From assembly GCA_964016885.1 (NCBI GenBank), contig OZ024742.1, positions 253,580,001 to 253,644,000 on the forward strand: a stretch of DNA of 64,000 nucleotides, written 5' to 3'. Origin of the DNA: Eledone cirrhosa. Its lineage: Eukaryota. The notes beneath the pieces were generated by a model. The model searched no databases. It was not told where the DNA came from and saw nothing but the letters and a program-made list of their open reading frames with translations. A program made the position numbers and the translations under genes. Shown one piece after another: positions 63,572-64,000 of the stretch; positions within the stretch are counted from its first letter, which is position 1; every line of letters starts with the position of its first letter.

Positions 63572-64000
63572 CAGCCACAAACCTCATCCGTCGCCTAAAA
63601 AATAACTTACTAGAGGCGACGGATGAGGTTTGTGGCTGGAGTAAGACCTCAAGCAGGAGGAGAGTGACTTGGTGGTGGAACAATAAGGTAGATGAAGCAG
63701 TCAAGGCCAAGAGACAGGCATGGAAAGAATGGAAGAACGGGGGGAGCAGGGTACATTACATAGAGACCAAGAGGGAAGCTAGGCGACAAGTATACTTAGC
63801 TAGGAGGGAAGCAGAGGATAGAAAATTCAAGCATGTTTTACAACGTGAGGACCAGAAACAGGAGGTATTCAAGATTGCGAGGCAGTGTGTCAGAGATAGT
63901 TGTGATGTCATTGGAGAGAAGTGTATCCGGAATGATAAAGGTGAGCTTGCCCTCACAAGTGCTGAGAAGAAAGATGCATGGAAGAGTCATTATGATAGAT
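63572..64000 (+). mobile_element. 5'-truncated RTE copy running off the right edge, with a short inverted duplication at its 5' junction
   Basis: NNLLEATDEVCGWS..RRRVTWWWNNKV..REARRQVYLARREAE..; 63572-63596 is the reverse complement of 63614-63638. Confidence 0.9.

Overview
AT-rich eukaryotic (animal) DNA, dense in (TA)n, (CA)n, (CATA)n, (GAT)n and (AAT)n microsatellites. No host protein-coding gene can be supported; almost all short ORFs in the track are microsatellite or SINE read-through. The SINE repertoire suggests a cephalopod such as Octopus (inference only). The window is a mosaic of transposons: one apparently intact RTE-clade LINE (53.3-57.0 kb, minus) whose reverse transcriptase carries an in-frame C4HC3 PHD-type finger; several truncated RTE copies; a CR1-group RT; three R4/Dong-like endonuclease 3' ends stacked in (AAT)n tracts; a CRE-like fragment; a Gypsy relic; a hAT relic with an 8-bp TSD; a mariner derivative; Helitron-like and piggyBac-like small elements; two abundant tRNA-derived SINE families; and several Penelope-like relics. 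The main hidden signal is about ten type I hammerhead ribozyme motifs of different sequence. These include a canonical GUC-cleaving motif at the apex of a ~340-bp hairpin (57588-57635), three minimal palindromic-stem-III copies beside a GIY-YIG ORF (15.8-16.3 kb), and several variants with very long stem II. All calls were made by eye; element boundaries are approximate and no database searches were run.
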